A stretch of DNA of 64,000 bases from Thermoplasmata archaeon. GTDB taxonomy: Archaea > Thermoplasmatota > Thermoplasmata > Lutacidiplasmatales > UBA184. Position 1 is the first letter of the stretch. Each line of letters starts with the position of its first letter. A program made the translations under genes and the position numbers. Shown one piece after another: positions 61,396-64,000 of the stretch. The stretch is taken from assembly GCA_052325545.1 (NCBI GenBank), contig JBKQUP010000009.1, forward strand, positions 13,486 to 77,485, written 5' to 3'. The notes beneath the pieces were generated by a model. That model made no database searches. It was not told the origin of the DNA and was given only the letters and a program-made list of their open reading frames with translations.

Positions 61396-62856
61396 ATGAT
61401 TTGCCCCGTGGACGAGGTCGGCCGCATCTACGGTGACGTAGGGCTGGGTCAGTTCCACCTCAGCCTCTCCCAGCCCGTCGAGCGGGGCGACTACCTGGCG
61501 GTCGAGGACGAGCTCCACGGGAAGGTCCTCTGCCAGCTGGACGACCTGAAGCGCAAGAGCGACCTCGGACTCGAGGCGGCGGGGGCGCTCAAGCCGACGG
61601 AAGAGGCTCCAATCCACGAGAACCTCCTCGGGCTGGTCCGCATCATCGGCTACCGGGACGCCCGGGGGATCGTGAAGATCCCGACCATCCCCTTCCGGCC
61701 GGGGGCCCACGTCTTCCGGGCCGATGAACCGCTCATCGCCGAGGTGCTCGGCCTGAAGCACCGGCCGAACTCGGGCGCGTACGTGGGGTTGCTGCGGAAC
61801 CACGCGATCCACGTCGAGCTCGACATCAACCAGCTCGTCCAGCGGCACGTGAGCGTGCTCGCCAAGACCGGCGGCGGGAAGAGCTACCTTCTCGGCGTCC
61901 TCATCGAGGAGCTGCTCCGCCACAAGGTGACGTGCGTCATCATCGACCCGCACGGGGAGTACGGCTCGCTGCGCATGTCCGCGGAGCCGAACGGCGGCAA
62001 CGCACGGTTCGGGGTCTCCGCCCAGGGGTTCGCGAAGCAGGTCCGGGAGTTCTCGCCCGATGCCACCCTGAACCCGGGGGCGAAGCCGCTCACCTTCTCG
62101 CTCCACCACCTCGACCCGCGCGAGCTGCTGGTGTTCATGGGCCTCACGAACGTGAAGACGTTCCTCCCCCCCCTGAAGCAGATCATCGAGCGGGTGAGCG
62201 TGGCCACCCCGGACTTCACCGTCCACGACCTCGTTCGTGCGGCCGAGGTGGGAGAAGGGGCCGTCGCGGACACGCTCCACGAACGGCTCGAGTACGTCGA
62301 GCAGACGAAGCTCCTCGGCCCCCAGGGGACGAGCCTGAACGAGCTCGTGAAAGAGGGCGATGCGACCCTCATCAACCTGCGCGGCGTCGCGGTCGACATC
62401 CAGGAGCTCGTGGTCGCCCGGATCGCGGCGACGCTCTTCGACAACCGCAAGCGGGGGAGGATCCCGCCGCTCTTCCTCGTCATCGAGGAGGCGCACAACT
62501 TCGCCCCCCAACAGGGTCAGGTGACGAGCTCGCGGGTCCTGAAGAACATCGCGAGCGAGGGGCGGAAGTTCGGTCTCGGACTATGCGTTGTCACGCAGCG
62601 CGCGGCTCGCATCGACAAGAACGTCCTGTCCCAGTGCAACACGCAGCTGATCTTGCAGGTCACGAACCCGCTCGACCTGAAGGCGATCACCCAGTCGATC
62701 GAGGGGCTCACGAACGGGATGACCGAGATGATCCAATCGCTCCCCGTCGGAGTGGCCCTCATCACGGGCGGCGGCTACCACACGCCCCTCTTCTGCGAGG
62801 TCCGCCCGCGCTCCACCCGGCACGGCGGCGAGAGCGTCCAGGTCGTCGCGGCCTGA
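61396..62856 (+). CDS. HerA-like DUF87 ATPase (FtsK-HerA superfamily; HAS-barrel plus RecA-like domain)
   Basis: ATG verified; VLAKTGGGKSYLLGVLIEELL Walker A, LFLVIEEAHNF Walker B, arginine-finger region CVVTQRAARID. Confidence 0.8.
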   Translation: MICPVDEVGRIYGDVGLGQFHLSLSQPVERGDYLAVEDELHGKVLCQLDDLKRKSDLGLEAAGALKPTEEAPIHENLLGLVRIIGYRDARGIVKIPTIPFRPGAHVFRADEPLIAEVLGLKHRPNSGAYVGLLRNHAIHVELDINQLVQRHVSVLAKTGGGKSYLLGVLIEELLRHKVTCVIIDPHGEYGSLRMSAEPNGGNARFGVSAQGFAKQVREFSPDATLNPGAKPLTFSLHHLDPRELLVFMGLTNVKTFLPPLKQIIERVSVATPDFTVHDLVRAAEVGEGAVADTLHERLEYVEQTKLLGPQGTSLNELVKEGDATLINLRGVAVDIQELVVARIAATLFDNRKRGRIPPLFLVIEEAHNFAPQQGQVTSSRVLKNIASEGRKFGLGLCVVTQRAARIDKNVLSQCNTQLILQVTNPLDLKAITQSIEGLTNGMTEMIQSLPVGVALITGGGYHTPLFCEVRPRSTRHGGESVQVVAA

Positions 62857-62938
62857 CGGACCGCCCCGCCCGTCCGCGAACGCGCCCGGGGAAGCGGAAC
62901 AGCCCCGGGCCGGGGCGGCGTCGGGAAGGTCGGCCGAA

Positions 62939-64000
62939 CTATCCCCGCGGGGGAGCGGTCTCCAGGTACCGGGTAACGAGGCGCACCGCGAAGGCGGTCG
63001 CGCCGATGTTCTGGTACGCCGGCTGCCACCGACGTGTCTTGCCCGTGGTGTACGCCGGTCCGGCGATGTCGATGTGCGCCCACGGGGTCGTGCCCACGAA
63101 CGTCTCGAGGAACGCGGCCGCGGTCAGCATCCCCGCGACCGGGAGCTCGGTCGAGTTGCGGACGTCCGCGATGTCGCTCTTCACGATCTCGCGGTGGTAG
63201 TCGGTGAGCGGCATCTGCCACACCGGCTCCCCGGTCTGCGCCGAGGCGAGGAGGAGCGCCTGGGCGAGCTTCTCGTCGTTCGAGACGAGGCCCGCGGTGT
63301 CGTCCCCGAGCGCCACCACCTGGGCCCCGGTGAGCGTCGCGAGGTCGATCACCTCGTCCGGACGGTACTGCTTGACGACGTACCCGAGCCCGTCCGAGAG
63401 GACCACGCGTCCCTCGGCGTCGGTGTTGACGACCTCGATCGTCTTCCCGTTGAACGAGCGAACGACGTCGCCCGGCCGGTAGGAGGTCCCGCTCGGGACG
63501 TTCTCGGCGCAGCACATGACCCCGATCACGCGGGGCGGCACCTTGAGGGTCGCCGCGGCGCGCAGGATGCCGAGGACGGCGACCGCCCCCGACTTGTCGA
63601 ACTTCATCTCCTGCATGCTCATCGCCGGCTTGATCGAGATCCCGCCGGAATCGAACGTGATCCCCTTGCCGACCACGGCGATCGTCCGCCCGCGGCGGGC
63701 GCCGCCCGGATACTCGAGGACGACCATGCGCGGGGGGTGGCCGGACGAACCGCTGCCGACCGCGAGGATCCCGCCGCATCCCATCTCGGCGAGCTTCTTC
63801 TCGTCGAAGACGGTGACCTTGAGCCCGAACTCCTTGCCGAGCGCGACCGCTTCGTCGGCGAGCCGCTGCGGGGAGGCCGTGTCGGCCGGAAGGTTCGCGA
63901 TGTCCCGGGTCCAGACGACCACGTCCGCGATCGTTGCCTGGTCGGCCACGGTCTTCTTGAGGGCCGCCTCGTCCCGCGAGAACTCCTCGCCGAGGTGGAT
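62939..64000 (-). CDS. M17 leucyl aminopeptidase, 5'-truncated by window edge
   Basis: NTDAEGRVVLSD and IDLATLTGA motifs. The reading frame continues in-frame to position 64000 (no start within the window; the track's Met is a GTG). Confidence 0.85.
   Translation of the reverse strand: MHLGEEFSRDEAALKKTVADQATIADVVVWTRDIANLPADTASPQRLADEAVALGKEFGLKVTVFDEKKLAEMGCGGILAVGSGSSGHPPRMVVLEYPGGARRGRTIAVVGKGITFDSGGISIKPAMSMQEMKFDKSGAVAVLGILRAAATLKVPPRVIGVMCCAENVPSGTSYRPGDVVRSFNGKTIEVVNTDAEGRVVLSDGLGYVVKQYRPDEVIDLATLTGAQVVALGDDTAGLVSNDEKLAQALLLASAQTGEPVWQMPLTDYHREIVKSDIADVRNSTELPVAGMLTAAAFLETFVGTTPWAHIDIAGPAYTTGKTRRWQPAYQNIGATAFAVRLVTRYLETAPPRG

Overview
This window is a high-GC (about 68%) archaeal chromosomal segment, about 90% coding, with no recognisable prophage, IS element or CRISPR array. 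The lineage looks Thermoplasmatota-like. The evidence is an archaeal-type 16S rRNA gene with no adjacent 23S/5S, split rpoA'/rpoA'' beside an unsplit 1223-aa rpoB and rpoH, L30e-NusA order, a type-E succinate dehydrogenase with an HdrB-like SdhC, and leaderless TATA-box promoters.

Gene content along the window:
- Left end to ~4.7 kb: the 3' end of a riboflavin operon (ribH partial, ribC, ribL, ribB), then a stand-alone 16S rRNA gene with its own terminator and processing stem, then a HAD hydrolase.
- 4.7-14.5 kb: the RNAP operon rpoH-rpoB-rpoA'-rpoA''-rpl30e-nusA, a tRNA-Lys directly upstream of rpoH, and small conserved proteins (UPF0147, stand-alone AsnC C-terminal domain).
- 15-30 kb: purS-purL, a Dph6-like ligase, methylmalonyl-CoA mutase large subunit, folC, nth, an MFS transporter, alaS, a tandem KaiC-like ATPase, purE-guaA(B).
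- 31-35 kb: ridA and sdhCBA.
- 35-40.5 kb: proteasome beta subunit, aCPSF1, an alkaline-phosphatase-family protein and a GT4 glycosyltransferase.
- 40.5-45.8 kb: a bacterial-type mutS-mutL pair translationally coupled to a Hjc-like PD-(D/E)xK nuclease gene, followed by a tRNA-Ser/tRNA-Gly pair.
- 45.8-64 kb: Cgi121 (KEOPS), an MBL hydrolase, DUF72, an FkbM methyltransferase, Cdc48, a 1127-aa heavily N-glycosylatable surface (S-layer-like) protein, the rpl18e-rpl13-rps9-rpoN operon, a PRC-barrel protein, a GT2 glycosyltransferase, Roadblock/LC7 and V4R proteins, a HAD hydrolase, a coiled-coil protein, a HerA-like DUF87 ATPase and a truncated M17 aminopeptidase.

The observations I rate highest are two intron-bearing tRNAs with non-canonical intron positions: tRNA-Lys with D-loop and T-loop insertions, and tRNA-Gly with a T-loop insertion and C33. 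Next is the mutS-mutL-nuclease unit. Many long ORFs in the six-frame track are antisense or alternative-frame artefacts of high GC content and were rejected.
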